NCBI GenBank assembly: GCA_963823665.1
Contig: CAWGMQ010000010.1
Coordinates: 1,888,001 to 1,952,000, forward strand
DNA from: an uncultured Planctomycetota bacterium
Lineage (GTDB): Bacteria; Planctomycetota; Planctomycetia; Isosphaerales; Isosphaeraceae
DNA length: 64,000 nt
Direction: 5' to 3'
A model generated the notes under the pieces. It had not been told where the DNA came from. It saw only the letters and a list, made by a program, of their open reading frames with translations, and ran no database searches. Shown one piece after another: positions 1 through 10,210 of the stretch. A program made the translations under genes and the position numbers. Numbering within the stretch: position 1 is the first letter of the stretch; every line of letters starts with the position of its first letter.

Positions 1-78
1 AACACATTACGCGGACATCGTTTGCGTTTGAAAAAATCGTTCCGATTATTCAGCCGTCACTATCAAGTACAAGGCATA

Positions 79-128
79 GAAGGAGATGACAGCGGTGACA
101 GCGATTTGGGGGTCCAAGGGTCGGCGCA
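79..128 (+). repeat. 50-bp dispersed repeat, copy 1 (inverted copy at 49311-49360)
   Basis: gaaggagatgacagcggtgacagcgatttgggggtccaagggtcggcgca matches the reverse complement of 49311-49360 at 47/50 positions. Confidence 0.9.
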
Positions 129-174
129 TCTCCCACTGCGAGTCAACAGCCGATGCACTCGCTATAATCTGTGC

Positions 175-283
175 GATGGGACGGCGTCGGGGGTTGATGC
201 GGCAATCGATCGACGCACATGCGAAACAAATGGATCAACTGACGACGATCATTCGCGAGCTGTGGGATCGGCTCGAGCGACAG
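175..283 (+). pseudogene. 3' fragment of a paralog of the small protein at 1941-2147
   Basis: MRQSIDAHAKQMDQLTTIIRELWDRLERQ vs MRQSIDARAKQAAELTTILREMRDRLERQ; the N-terminal hydrophobic anchor is missing. Confidence 0.8.
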
Positions 284-431
284 CATGGCGCTCTCGATCA
301 TGAACTGGCTAGAGTCGAACGAATGTCGACCGGTGGTGCCTGAAGCGCTGGCCGAGGGCACTGCGAGAATTGTTGCGGAGAGTGCGGCCGGGATGGTCCC
401 GGCGGCCGTCGCCGCATTGGCGTCATTTGGA

Positions 432-1865
432 ATGAGGAGCAGCTTGATGTCGAAAGCACTCGTGACCGCGGCCGTTCTGGTTGGCCTTGGATGCCTGGGG
501 ACCGGCGCGGCGGAATTCGGTCGCGGAGAAGTGCAGACGCCGGCGACCGCGAAGGACGAATTGAAACCCAAGGCCGAGAAGGTGTCGATTGCCGATCAAT
601 ACAAGCAGATCGTCGCCGAGTTCGAGGGCGAGCAGAAGAAGCTCTCCGAAGCGGTCGAGAAGGTGAAGACCCAGGCCGAGATAGTGAGCATCTATAACAA
701 GATGACGCCCGATGACAGTACCTATTCACGTAGAATGGTAGATCTGGCGGAAACCAATCCCAAAGATCCGGCCGCGCGCGATGCCCTGGTCTGGGTTTTG
801 AACAAGTTGTATCGATCCGACGCAGGCACTTACGGCGACCAGGTCGCCCGCGCTGTGAGACTCTTGGTGGAGCACCACGCGAACGACCCGGAGGCCGTCC
901 GGGTGGGGCTGATGCTCAACAACGTGTTTTCCCGAAATCGCGACGCCTTGATGGAGGGGATGTACGCGAGCTCCGAAGGCCGCGAAGCAAAAGGGCTGGC
1001 GCGGATCGCGCTCGCTCAGTACCTCGAACGGAAGATGCTGATTGTGAAGTCAGCGCACAGGCTGAAGACGCGCAAGACCTACACCTATGATACCTATGAG
1101 GACGGAAAGCCGATCAAGAAGACGGTGCCGGCGTCGAACGAGGAGGAAGGCTATCGCGCGGGTCTGCGCCTGATCGATCCCGAAGCGCTCGAGCGTGAGG
1201 TCGCGAGACTCTACGACGAGGTGATTTCCGATTACGGCGACATACCTTACATCACCACTCATCAACGCAAACTGGAAGAACTGCTGAAAGAGCCGGTTCC
1301 GAAGTGGAACAACAAGCCGCTGACCGACGACGAACTAAAGCAGCTCAAGAGCCGCGTGAACAAGAAGCAGACGCTGGCCCAGGTCGCCGAGGGACACCTC
1401 GACGAGATGCACAACCTGATCGAAGGCAAGCCCGCGCCCGAGATCGACGGCAAAGACATCGACGGCAGGTCGATGAGGCTTTCCGATTTTCGCGGCAAGG
1501 TGGTCGTACTGGTCTTCTGGGGCTCGTGGTGCGGCCCGTGCATGAGGGAAGTACCCCACGAGCGGGACCTCGCTGAGAAATACAAGGGCAGGCCGTTCAC
1601 CCTGCTGGGAGTGGATTGCAATGAGAAAGCGGACGTCGCCAAGAAGACGATGGAATCCGAGAAAATGAACTGGCCCCAGTGGCACGACGGCGAGGAAACC
1701 GGCGGGCCGATCGTCCAGAAGTTCCACGTTCGAGCCTATCCGACGATTTTTGTGATCGACGCGAACGGGATCATTCGCAGCAAGAATGCCCGCGACGAAG
1801 TAATCGACAAGACAGTCGAGACGCTGGTGAAAGACGTGGAATCCAAATTGCCAGGCAAGAAGTAA
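432..1865 (+). CDS. TlpA-like thiol:disulfide oxidoreductase (redoxin) with a large helical N-terminal region; start uncertain (ORF open from 285)
   Basis: C-terminal GKPAPEIDGKD..LSDFRGKVVVLVFWGSWCGPC..YPTIFVID thioredoxin fold with CxxC; hydrophobic segment near the N-terminus. Confidence 0.9.
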   Translation: MRSSLMSKALVTAAVLVGLGCLGTGAAEFGRGEVQTPATAKDELKPKAEKVSIADQYKQIVAEFEGEQKKLSEAVEKVKTQAEIVSIYNKMTPDDSTYSRRMVDLAETNPKDPAARDALVWVLNKLYRSDAGTYGDQVARAVRLLVEHHANDPEAVRVGLMLNNVFSRNRDALMEGMYASSEGREAKGLARIALAQYLERKMLIVKSAHRLKTRKTYTYDTYEDGKPIKKTVPASNEEEGYRAGLRLIDPEALEREVARLYDEVISDYGDIPYITTHQRKLEELLKEPVPKWNNKPLTDDELKQLKSRVNKKQTLAQVAEGHLDEMHNLIEGKPAPEIDGKDIDGRSMRLSDFRGKVVVLVFWGSWCGPCMREVPHERDLAEKYKGRPFTLLGVDCNEKADVAKKTMESEKMNWPQWHDGEETGGPIVQKFHVRAYPTIFVIDANGIIRSKNARDEVIDKTVETLVKDVESKLPGKK

Positions 1866-1940
1866 CGAGTATTTCCATGCAGCGGTCGGTTTTGTGGCAG
1901 TCTACTCACGGCTCAACCCACTCTTCGAGCGGCAACGGTA

Positions 1941-2147
1941 ATGGAAGGTAATCGACGGTCAAGGATTCGCTTTCGGCTCAGGACAATTCTCGTCGTCGTT
2001 GCTTTCGTTGCATTACTGACCGTGGTGGTGATCCAGCAGGTGCAGATGGGACGGATGAGGCAATCGATCGATGCACGTGCGAAACAAGCAGCCGAACTGA
2101 CCACGATCCTTCGCGAGATGCGAGATCGCCTCGAGCGGCAGAGGTAG
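1941..2147 (+). CDS. Small membrane-anchored protein, RFRLRT-type N-terminus plus coiled coil
   Basis: RIRFRLRTILVVVAFVALLTVVVI followed by a helical tail; paralogous fragment at 175-283. Confidence 0.75.
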   Translation: MEGNRRSRIRFRLRTILVVVAFVALLTVVVIQQVQMGRMRQSIDARAKQAAELTTILREMRDRLERQR

Positions 2148-2165
2148 GAGTGGGAGGCAGGGCTG

Positions 2166-5100
2166 ATGAGGATCGGGCCGCATTACTTCACCATGGAGCT
2201 GCTCGAAGGGGGCAGCCTGTCCCAGGCCCTGGCCGGCACGCCGCAGCCGGCCCGTGAGGCGGCCGCGATCGTGGCCACGCTGGTCGAGGCTGTGCGGATG
2301 GCGCACAAGGGTGGGATCGTGCACCGCGATCTGAAGCCGGCCAACATCCTGCTCACCGCCGACGGCACGCCCAAGGTCGCTGATTTCGGGCTGGCGCGGC
2401 GCTTTGACGAAGGGTCGGCCCTGACCCTGAGCGGTACTCGGATCGGGACTCCCAGCTACATGGCCCCGGAGCAGGTGATCGGGAAGGCGGGTACGATCGG
2501 GCCGGCCGCGGACATCTACGCGCTCGGCGCCCTCCTTTAAGAACTGCTCACCGGAAGGCCGCCGTTCCGAGGCGAGACGGCGTCCGAAACGGAGCGGCAG
2601 ATCCTCAATCACGAGCCGGTAGCGCCCCGCGCGATTGAACCCGAAAGTGCCGCGCGACCTCGAGACGATTTGTTTGAAGTGCCTGTCCAAGGAGCCGCAG
2701 CGTCGCTACGCCAGCGCCCTATCGCTGGCCGACGACCTGACTCGCTTCAGGGAGGGGCGGCCGATCCAGGCCCGGCCTCCAGGTTGGGGAGGGCGGTTGT
2801 GGCGCTGGGGCCGGCGCAAGCCGACGACGGCGGGGTTGCTGGCGGCGCTTCTGGCCCTTTTCATCCTCACTGTTGGCGGCGGGCTGTGGTTGGAGCGAGA
2901 GCGGGCCGCGCGGCAGGGGCGGGCGCGGGCGGCGGTCGACACGGCATTGGCCGAGGTCCCGGACCTGCGGCAGCAGGGCCTGGCCGGAGGCGCAGGCCGT
3001 TCTCACGCAGGCCCGGAGCCGCCTGGACGAGGCCGGCTCGGACGACCTGCGGCGGCGGCTGGTCCAGGCGGACGAGGACCTGCGGCTGGCGGCCGCGCTG
3101 GAGCGGATCCGGCTGACTCCGGCGATCGAGGGCAACCGCCTTGATTTCCGAGGCATGGCTGACGCCTACGCACGGGCCTTCGAGAACGCGGGGCTGGACG
3201 TTCGGGGGGAAGAGGAGGCCGTGGCGGCCCGGATCGGCGCCTCCGACCTGCGTCCGCAACTCGTGATGGCCCTGGACCACTGGGCTTATCTCGCCGACGA
3301 GCTCGGCGATACACGGTCGAGGGCACGGCTGCTTGGCCTGGCCGGGCGGGTCGATCCGGATCCGCGGTGGGGCGACCGCTTCCGCGCGCCGGCGCTGTGG
3401 GGAAACCGCGATCGCCAGAGGCGCCTGGCCGCGGAGGCGCAGCAGCGGCTAGACGAGGGGGCACCCGAGAGCGGACCGCCGACCCCGCTGATAGCGCTCT
3501 TGGCGAAGAAGCTGGGACAGAAGGACGAGCAGGCCGAGCCGCTGCTGCGGGCGGCGCAGGGGAGGCACCCGGAGGACTTCTGGCTCAACTACGCGCTGGG
3601 CGAGGCGCTGCGGGACCGGAAGCCCGCGGAGGCGGTGGGCTTCTACCGGGCCGCCCTGGCGTTGCGGCCGACGGCGGCCGAGGTTCACTTCGGCGTCAGC
3701 ATGGCCTTGGAGCACCACGGCCAGGTGGACGAGGCGACCCGGGCCGCCCGCAAGGCTATCGAACTCGCCCCGAAGGTGGGTGCGCACCACCACCGGCTGG
3801 GCTTCTGCTTGCAGGTCAGGCGCCAGCTCGACGAGGCGATGGCCGAGTTCCGCCGCGCCATCGAGCTCGACCCCAAGGGGGGCGCGGCCCACCACCTCCT
3901 CGGGATGTGCTGGCAGGACAAGGGCCAGCTCGACGAGGCGATGGCCGAGTACCGCCGCGCCATCGAACTCGACCCCAAGGCGGCATTGGCCCACTTCCGG
4001 CTCGGCATGTGCTGGCAGGCCAGGGGCCGGCTCGACGAGGCGATGGCCGAGTTTCGCCGCGCCACCGATCTCGATCCTGGAGGTGGCACGGCGCACGAGT
4101 GCCTGGCTGAGGCGCTGCTCCGGAGCGGCCGCTTCACCGAGGTCCGCACGGCCGTCCGCCGCGCCTTCGACTTGCTCTCGGCCAAGGATCCCCACCGCCC
4201 GGCCTTGCAGGAGAAGCTAAATGTTTGCGAACGCATGCTCGCCCTCGACCCGCGGTTGTCGGCGCTCCTCCAGGGCAAGGAGCGGCCCACCCTGGAAGAA
4301 CTGCTGGGGCTGGCCCACTCTTGCCGGGAATACGGACGGCCGCATGCCGCCGCCGGCCTGTACGCCGCGGTCTTCGCTGCGCGACCCTCGCTGGCCGATG
4401 ACCTGGGCAGCGGCAACCGCTACAGAGCCGCCTGTGCCTCCGTGCGAGCCGCCGACGACCCGGGCGCCGACGAGGCGAGGCCCGGCGAGACGGAGCGAGC
4501 CGGCCTGCGCCGGCAGGCGCTGGATTGGCTGCGGGCCGACGTGGCCCAGGGGGCCAGGTTGCGGCGAGACGGCAAGTCGGGGGGGCCCCGTTCACCTCCT
4601 GGCGGACCGACACCGACCTGGCGGCCGTACGGGACTTGGTGCCATTGGCGAAATTGCCCGCCACCGAGCGCGAGGAGTGGCGGCGCCTTTGGGCGGACGT
4701 GGATGCGTCGCTCGCCGCAGACCCGCTGGAGCAGGGCCGGGCGTTCGCTGCACGCCGGGACTGGGCCCGGGCCGCCGACTGCTATACAAAGGCCATCAAG
4801 GGCGGCGCGACAAACGACGGCCACTTCTGGTTCGAGTACGCCGCCCTGTTGTTGCTGTCGGGCGATCGCCCGGGCTACGTCAGGGCCTGCGCCTCCATGA
4901 TTGAGCGGTGTGGCAAGGCGGGCGGCCCGCGGTCCTACCATGTGGCCCGCGCCTGCACCCTGGCTCCCGACACCGTCGCCGAGGCGTCGCTGGCCGGCCG
5001 GCTGGCCGAGAAGGAGCTCCAGGCCTCCACCCGAGCGTTCTGGTCGCTGACCGAACAAGGGGCCCTGGCGTACCGGGCCGGCCGGTTCCAGCAGGTGGTG

Positions 5101-5409
5101 CCCTTGTTCGAGCAGAGCCTGGAGGCCGAGCACAAGTCGGGCCGTGCGGTGCTCAACTGGCTGTGGCTGGCCCTGACCAGTCAGCGCCTCGGGAAGGCCG
5201 AGGCGGCGCGTCGCTGGCTGGAGAAAGCCCAGGCGTGGCTCGACCAGTACCCTGACGGGATGCCAGCCCGGGCCGAACAGGAGTCAGGGTTGCACTACCA
5301 CGACTGGCTGGAAGCGCACGTCCTGCGGCGCGAGGCGGAAACACTGATTCCGTTCACAGGTCCCCGAAGCGGTCCGGAAAACCGGGAACGCGCGGCGGCA
5401 CATAAATGA
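2166..5409 (+). pseudogene. Ser/Thr protein kinase with TM segment and TPR repeats; N-terminally truncated and disrupted
   Basis: HRDLKPAN, DFG, GTPSYMAPE present but the Gly-rich loop and VAxK lobe are absent; in-frame TAA at 2538-2540; frameshifts near 2634, 2980 and 4585; TPR repeats downstream. Confidence 0.85.
3824..4080 (+). repeat. Three near-identical 102-bp TPR-coding repeats
   Basis: c(a/g)gctcgacgaggcgatggccgag recurs at 3824, 3926 and 4028 (34-codon period). Confidence 0.85.
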
Positions 5410-5419
5410 ACGCCTTCTG

Positions 5420-5512
5420 AGGCAAGCCGATGTCTTCGACACGCGAGGCACTGACCGCCGCCGCCGTCTGATGACCGCTCTGGACGCGATCAACCGCCGC
5501 GTGGGCCGCGAT
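5420..5512 (+). pseudogene. Remnant of a Y-family DNA polymerase (UmuC-type) C-terminal tail
   Basis: Translates to RQADVFDTRGTDRRRRLMTALDAINRRVGRD, resembling the QxxLF clamp motif plus LMxALDxINxRxGR tail. Confidence 0.65.
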
Positions 5513-5532
5513 TTTCGCCGCGGCCGTGCTCG

Positions 5533-6290
5533 GTGGTGATGCTCGTGGTAGGTCAGGAATCGCGTGAGGTTTCCCAGCTCGGCCTGCGTGCCGGCGGCGC
5601 GCGAGCAGCGGCCGTCGCAATCGGCGCAGAGGGTTGAGCCGTGTGCGAGGGTTGCGTCGCGAAGCTGGTGAATGTCGGCTTCCTTGAGGGGCTCGTAGCG
5701 AGTGGCCGCCTCGGAGTTTTCGCGAACGTGGTCCATATTCCGCATCGTGGTGCAAACGGCGGCCAGGCGCTCGTCGCTCCAGATTGCGTGGAGCAGACCC
5801 TGATACGGCGTGAGCTTCCGCTCGGCGAGCACGGGCACGCGGCGGGTGACTTCCTGCAGGATATTTCCCTGCGGCTTGTCGCCCAGGTAATTGCCTGCGA
5901 TCTGTTTCATCGAGATCAGGCCGATGCCGCGCTTGTGGGCCGCGTCGATCGCCTTGTTGAGCGGGGAATCCTTATCGAGCCAGGGGCGATACTGGAGCAT
6001 GATCACGTCCACGAAACCTCCCTCGGCGGCCGCTTCGATCAAGGCGGCGCGGTCTTTGTGATGCGTGGAGATGCCGACGAGTCTCGCCTTGCCGGACTTT
6101 TTCGCCGCTTCGGTTGCTTCCTTCAGCTCTTTGCTCTTGAGCATTGCGATGGCGTCGTCCAGTTTGTGGTTGTCGCCGAAGCTGTGAATGAAGAAGAGGT
6201 CGACGTAGTCGGTGCCCAGCGCGGCGCAGCGCTTGTCGAGCATGCCCATGAGCTGAGCGGGGGTTTTGGGTGCGTCCTTGGTGACGATGG
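5533..6290 (-). pseudogene. Aldo/keto reductase with C-terminal Cys cluster; internal fragment truncated at both ends
   Basis: IVTKD..LGTDYVDLFFIH..GKARLVGISTH..GIGLISMK..CADCDGRC; the N-terminal catalytic Asp/Tyr region is absent and the tail ends in unrelated sequence. Confidence 0.8.
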
Positions 6291-6623
6291 CCCGAGCTCG
6301 CGGGCGCGGCGCACTCACGTCGCCTGTTCCTCCTCTGGCTCGAACGAGTTGTCATCTTCGTCGTCGAACCACTCTACCAGAAATGGATCTGGCACGGTGC
6401 ATGCGTTTGCCGCATCAGGGCCGCTAGACAAGATGCGGGTATCACAAGGCCGCACACCGCGAGACCGTTGGATTGTGCGCACGCGCACCGTTACAATGCA
6501 CGATCGTTGCCGGCTGGAGACAGTTCGATCGCACCTTGCGGCATGAACCAGCGGACAGACGGCGACCAAGCGCACTGAATGGCTTTTTGCGACTCGGGGA
6601 CGGCGAGGCAACCGGGCATACCA

Positions 6624-6719
6624 CACTGGCGAAGCCAGTGTCACCCAACCGGCAAACTCGGCGGACGGCACACGGAGTGTGCCTGCTAGGGCGGAGCACT
6701 GGCGAAGCCAGTGCCACCC
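6624..6719. repeat. Cluster of REP-like palindromes
   Basis: cactggcgaagccagtg at 6624-6640 and 6697-6713 flanking ggcacacggagtgtgcc at 6667-6683. Confidence 0.8.
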
Positions 6720-6798
6720 ACCTCAGTCTCCTGATCGTGCAAAGCTATTTGGTTCGATTTCGATCAACGCGCAAGCGCACGACTCAGGAAAACAGAAC

Positions 6799-8064
6799 TT
6801 GAGTGACGCACGGTCGAAGCTGGTGATTGTGGGGATTGGCGACGATGGGCTGGCCGGTTTGACGGAGCCGGCGCGGAAGGTTGTGCTGTCGGCCGATTTG
6901 ATTCTGGGCGCGCCGCAGGCACTGGCCTTGCTCGAAGAGACTCCGGCGCGGAAGCAGGCGCTCGAGCCGGAGATGGGCGAGGCGCTCAAACAAGTGCGTG
7001 AGGCACTCAAGGCGCGGCGGCCGGTGCTGGTCAGCAGCGGCGATCCGCTGTTTTACGGCGTTGCGCGGTATCTGTGCGACCGGTTGGGGAAGGACCTGTT
7101 CGAGGTTGTGCCGCATGTGAGCAGCATGCAACTGGCGTTCGCGCGGGTGAAGGAAAGCTGGGAGGATGCGACGCTGATCAACCTGGCAGGGAGGCCGATC
7201 GAGTCGATCATCGACCGCATCCGGACCGCGGAGAAGATCGGGTTGTTCTCGAGCGAGGAGTGCCCGCCGCCGCGACTGGCGCGCGCGCTACTGGATCACG
7301 GCATCGATTACTTCAGGGCTTTCGTGTGCGAGAACCTGGGCTCACCGGATGAACGGGTCACACAGGCCGAGCTGAGCGACCTTCTGGACATGGAATTCAA
7401 CGCGCTCAACGTCCTCATTCTGATTCGTCTGCCGAACCGGCCTGACCGAGGAAGCCGGCTCTCACGGCGGCGGCTCTTCGGCAACCCGGATGAGGCTTTT
7501 GCGCAAGCTCTTCCCAAACGCGGGTTGATCACGCACGCCGAGGTGAGGGCGATCGCGCTGGCCCAGCTCGACATCCGGGCGACGAGCGTGGTGTGGGACA
7601 TCGGCGCGGGGTCCGGCTCGGTGGCGATCGAGGCGGCACAGCTCGCGTACCAGGGGATGGTCTACGCGGTCGAGCCGGAGCCGGCGGATATTGCGCTGAT
7701 CCAGGCGAATGCCGAGGAGTTTGGTGTGCCGAATGTGAAGGCTGTGCTGGGGAGGGCGCCTGAGATTCTCGATGGTCTGCCGGAGCCTGATGCGGTCTTC
7801 GTGGGGGGGACTGGGCGGCAGCTCGACCTGGTGCTGGGGGCGGCGTACACGCGGCTGTGCCACGGGGGCAGCATGGCGATTAACGTCGCCACGATCGAGG
7901 GGCTCTCGGCTGCGTACCACAAACTGAAGTCGCTGGGCGGGGAAGTGCGGGTGTGGAACATGACGATCTCGCGCGGAATCGAGCAGATGGACCGCCTGCG
8001 GTTTGAGTCGATTGCGCCGACATTCTTGCTGGTGATCACGAAGAGGCTGGAATCGGATGATTGA
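6799..8064 (+). CDS. cobL: Bifunctional precorrin-6Y C5,15-methyltransferase (CbiE-CbiT fusion)
   Basis: IVGIGDDG, SSGDPLFYG, PHVSSMQLAFAR, VCENLG (CbiE) plus VWDIGAGSGSVAIE and DAVFVGG (CbiT); TTG start inferred. Confidence 0.92.
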   Translation: MSDARSKLVIVGIGDDGLAGLTEPARKVVLSADLILGAPQALALLEETPARKQALEPEMGEALKQVREALKARRPVLVSSGDPLFYGVARYLCDRLGKDLFEVVPHVSSMQLAFARVKESWEDATLINLAGRPIESIIDRIRTAEKIGLFSSEECPPPRLARALLDHGIDYFRAFVCENLGSPDERVTQAELSDLLDMEFNALNVLILIRLPNRPDRGSRLSRRRLFGNPDEAFAQALPKRGLITHAEVRAIALAQLDIRATSVVWDIGAGSGSVAIEAAQLAYQGMVYAVEPEPADIALIQANAEEFGVPNVKAVLGRAPEILDGLPEPDAVFVGGTGRQLDLVLGAAYTRLCHGGSMAINVATIEGLSAAYHKLKSLGGEVRVWNMTISRGIEQMDRLRFESIAPTFLLVITKRLESDD

Positions 8065-8245
8065 GGCAACGAGAGTAGGGCGGGGACGAACGCGGGGATG
8101 GGAATATGCCGGTCCTGGTGAGTTGATTCATCAGGAGCATCGACAAGTCTCTTCCCTTGAGCGCACGAATGTGAAGAATGGTAGCTGGTGGGAGTGAGGA
8201 TCGCTGCCTGATCTACAAAGATACGGAACTGGAGGACTGACCCGC

Positions 8246-9009
8246 ATGGCCGCATCGCCGGAGCCCGAGCTGGACTTGATCGCCGTGGGGCGCACCCGGA
8301 CGATGTCGAGATCGCGTGCGGGGGGACGCTGGCCCGGCTGGCGCGCAAAGGTTACGCTGTAGGTATCGTCGATCTTACCGACGGCGAGCCGACGCCGCAC
8401 TCGCCCGGGCCGGAGGTCCGGCTGGCGGAGGCGATGCGGGCGGCCGAGATCCTGGGTGCGGTCACGCGGATCAATCTGAATATGCCGAATCGGCGTCTCT
8501 TTGATTCATTCGAGGCACGCGTCGAGCTTGCAAAGGTGTTCCGGCGGCTGAAACCGAAGGTTGTGATCGGATTTGGAGGCAAGACAGTGCTGGCCTCACC
8601 GGACCATTACCAGGCGATGTTGATCACGGACGCGGCCGTGTTCTACAGCCGGCTGACCAAGTGGGATGAGTACTTCAACGGGTTACCGACGCACGTGGTC
8701 ACGAACCAGTTGAGTTTCCCGATTGGGCTGCATGGGTTGGACTTGCCGGAAGCGTCCGGGTACATTGTTGCCGATATCGGTTCGACACTCGAGATCAAGC
8801 TTGAGGCGATCCGAACTTACAAGACGCAGTTTCCGGCAAGCAAGGCAGGGATCTTCCGTGGCGTTGAAGCCATGAACCGTTATCAAGGCCTGACCGCCGG
8901 GTTCGAGGCGGGAGAAGTCTTCATGACCTATCGCTCGGTCGGCGTCGATGATTTACTGGGATGGGCCGCGCCGGCCCACGCCCGGCAGCCGGAGAGTTTG
9001 CCAAAATGA
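8246..9009 (+). CDS. PIG-L/LmbE family deacetylase (frameshift near 8290)
   Basis: [24 protein letters not shown] and SPDH motifs split over two frames; ggagg upstream of the ATG. Confidence 0.88.
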
Positions 9010-10118
9010 GTCACGGCCGGTCCGATCCTTGCGTTCAATTGAAAGGTGAGTCAGAGTTGGGGGCGGCGGGGGGACTGCTAAGCTGGTTGAAGAAGATCTT
9101 CGGCTTGCCGTCTGCACCCAAAGAACACAAGCCAACGCATGCTGGATCACTGATGGGCTGGATCAAGCGACTGCTGGGCATCGGCAACTCCGACCAGGAT
9201 TCGGCGACGGACGAGTTCGCCACGCTTTCGTCGTTCACGCTCTTGCCGGGGCAGCTCAAGCTCAGGGTTGGCGTGGTCTCGGTGCGGGGAAACTACCGCG
9301 ACCACAACGAAGACAACTTTTACGTGCCCGGGAGGCGGTCCGTCCGGCACGACAGCGGCACCGAGAGCCATTCCGAAATGCCGGCACTGACCATGGAATC
9401 GTCAAATCTGTTCATCGTGGCCGACGGGATGGGGGGGCAGCAAGCCGGGGAACAAGCGAGCTTGATGGCAATTGATTTGATTCCGCGAGCGATTCAGCGG
9501 CGGCTGACGCCGGAGGAGGCGGACCCGGCACGGATCAAGGAGGCGATCCGGGACGCGGTTGCCGAAGTGAATCAAGAGATTCTGGGGAGTTCGGGGGCGG
9601 TCACTGAATTCTCCAACATGGGAACAACGGTGGTGCTGGCCCAGTTCCGGTCTGATCGGGTGTTTGTGGCCGGAATTGGCGACTCGCGGGCGTACCGGCT
9701 TCGCGAAGGGAAGCTCGAACAGCTCACGAAGGATCATTCGCTTGCGGATGCGCTACTGGACGCGGGCACGATCACGGCCGAGGAGCTCGCCAACCACAAG
9801 TTCAAGAACGTGTTGTATCTGTACCTGGGCAGCAAAGACGCGCGGGGGGGGCCGGAGGAGGTGCGAGCGATGGACGTGAGGCCCGGCGATCGGCTGCTGC
9901 TGGCGAGTGACGGGTTGACCGGGGTCGTACCCGACAAGGATCTGAGCCATATCCTGGGCTCGGTCGATGACCCTCAGCGGGCGGCGGTGATGCTCAAGGA
10001 CTTGGCGCTCGCGAATGATTCGAAGGACAATGTGACCTGCCTGATTATTCATGCGGTTGCGCACGAGGACTCTGTCACCGGCGTCTCCAGCGGGGGGGAA
10101 GCTGGCGGTGGGGTCTAG
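9006..10118 (+). CDS. PP2C-family Ser/Thr protein phosphatase
   Basis: [42 protein letters not shown]; alternative start at 9153. Confidence 0.93.
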   Translation: MSHGRSDPCVQLKGESELGAAGGLLSWLKKIFGLPSAPKEHKPTHAGSLMGWIKRLLGIGNSDQDSATDEFATLSSFTLLPGQLKLRVGVVSVRGNYRDHNEDNFYVPGRRSVRHDSGTESHSEMPALTMESSNLFIVADGMGGQQAGEQASLMAIDLIPRAIQRRLTPEEADPARIKEAIRDAVAEVNQEILGSSGAVTEFSNMGTTVVLAQFRSDRVFVAGIGDSRAYRLREGKLEQLTKDHSLADALLDAGTITAEELANHKFKNVLYLYLGSKDARGGPEEVRAMDVRPGDRLLLASDGLTGVVPDKDLSHILGSVDDPQRAAVMLKDLALANDSKDNVTCLIIHAVAHEDSVTGVSSGGEAGGGV

Positions 10119-10210
10119 AGAGCCGGGCCGGCCCCGGCCTGCTCGGGGCGGCCGAAGCAGCTAAGCCTTTCGCCGCCTCTTGCGGCGGCGTGAAAGGATG
10201 TGGGTGGACG

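Noticed and set aside
2538..2540. In-frame TAA at an expected Tyr codon, also at 58084-58086, hinting at stop-codon reassignment
   Set aside because: TAA terminates normal genes here (e.g. 1863-1865), and both cases lie in genes that are also truncated or frameshifted; simple nonsense changes explain them.
3824..4080. Regularly spaced direct repeats resembling a CRISPR array or DGR repeats
   Set aside because: The 102-bp period is in-frame TPR coding sequence with similar 'spacers'; no cas gene or reverse transcriptase is in the window.
6540..6800. Cobalamin riboswitch upstream of cobL
   Set aside because: No B12-box or GGGAA/GCCACTG core is seen; the hairpins are REP-like repeats.
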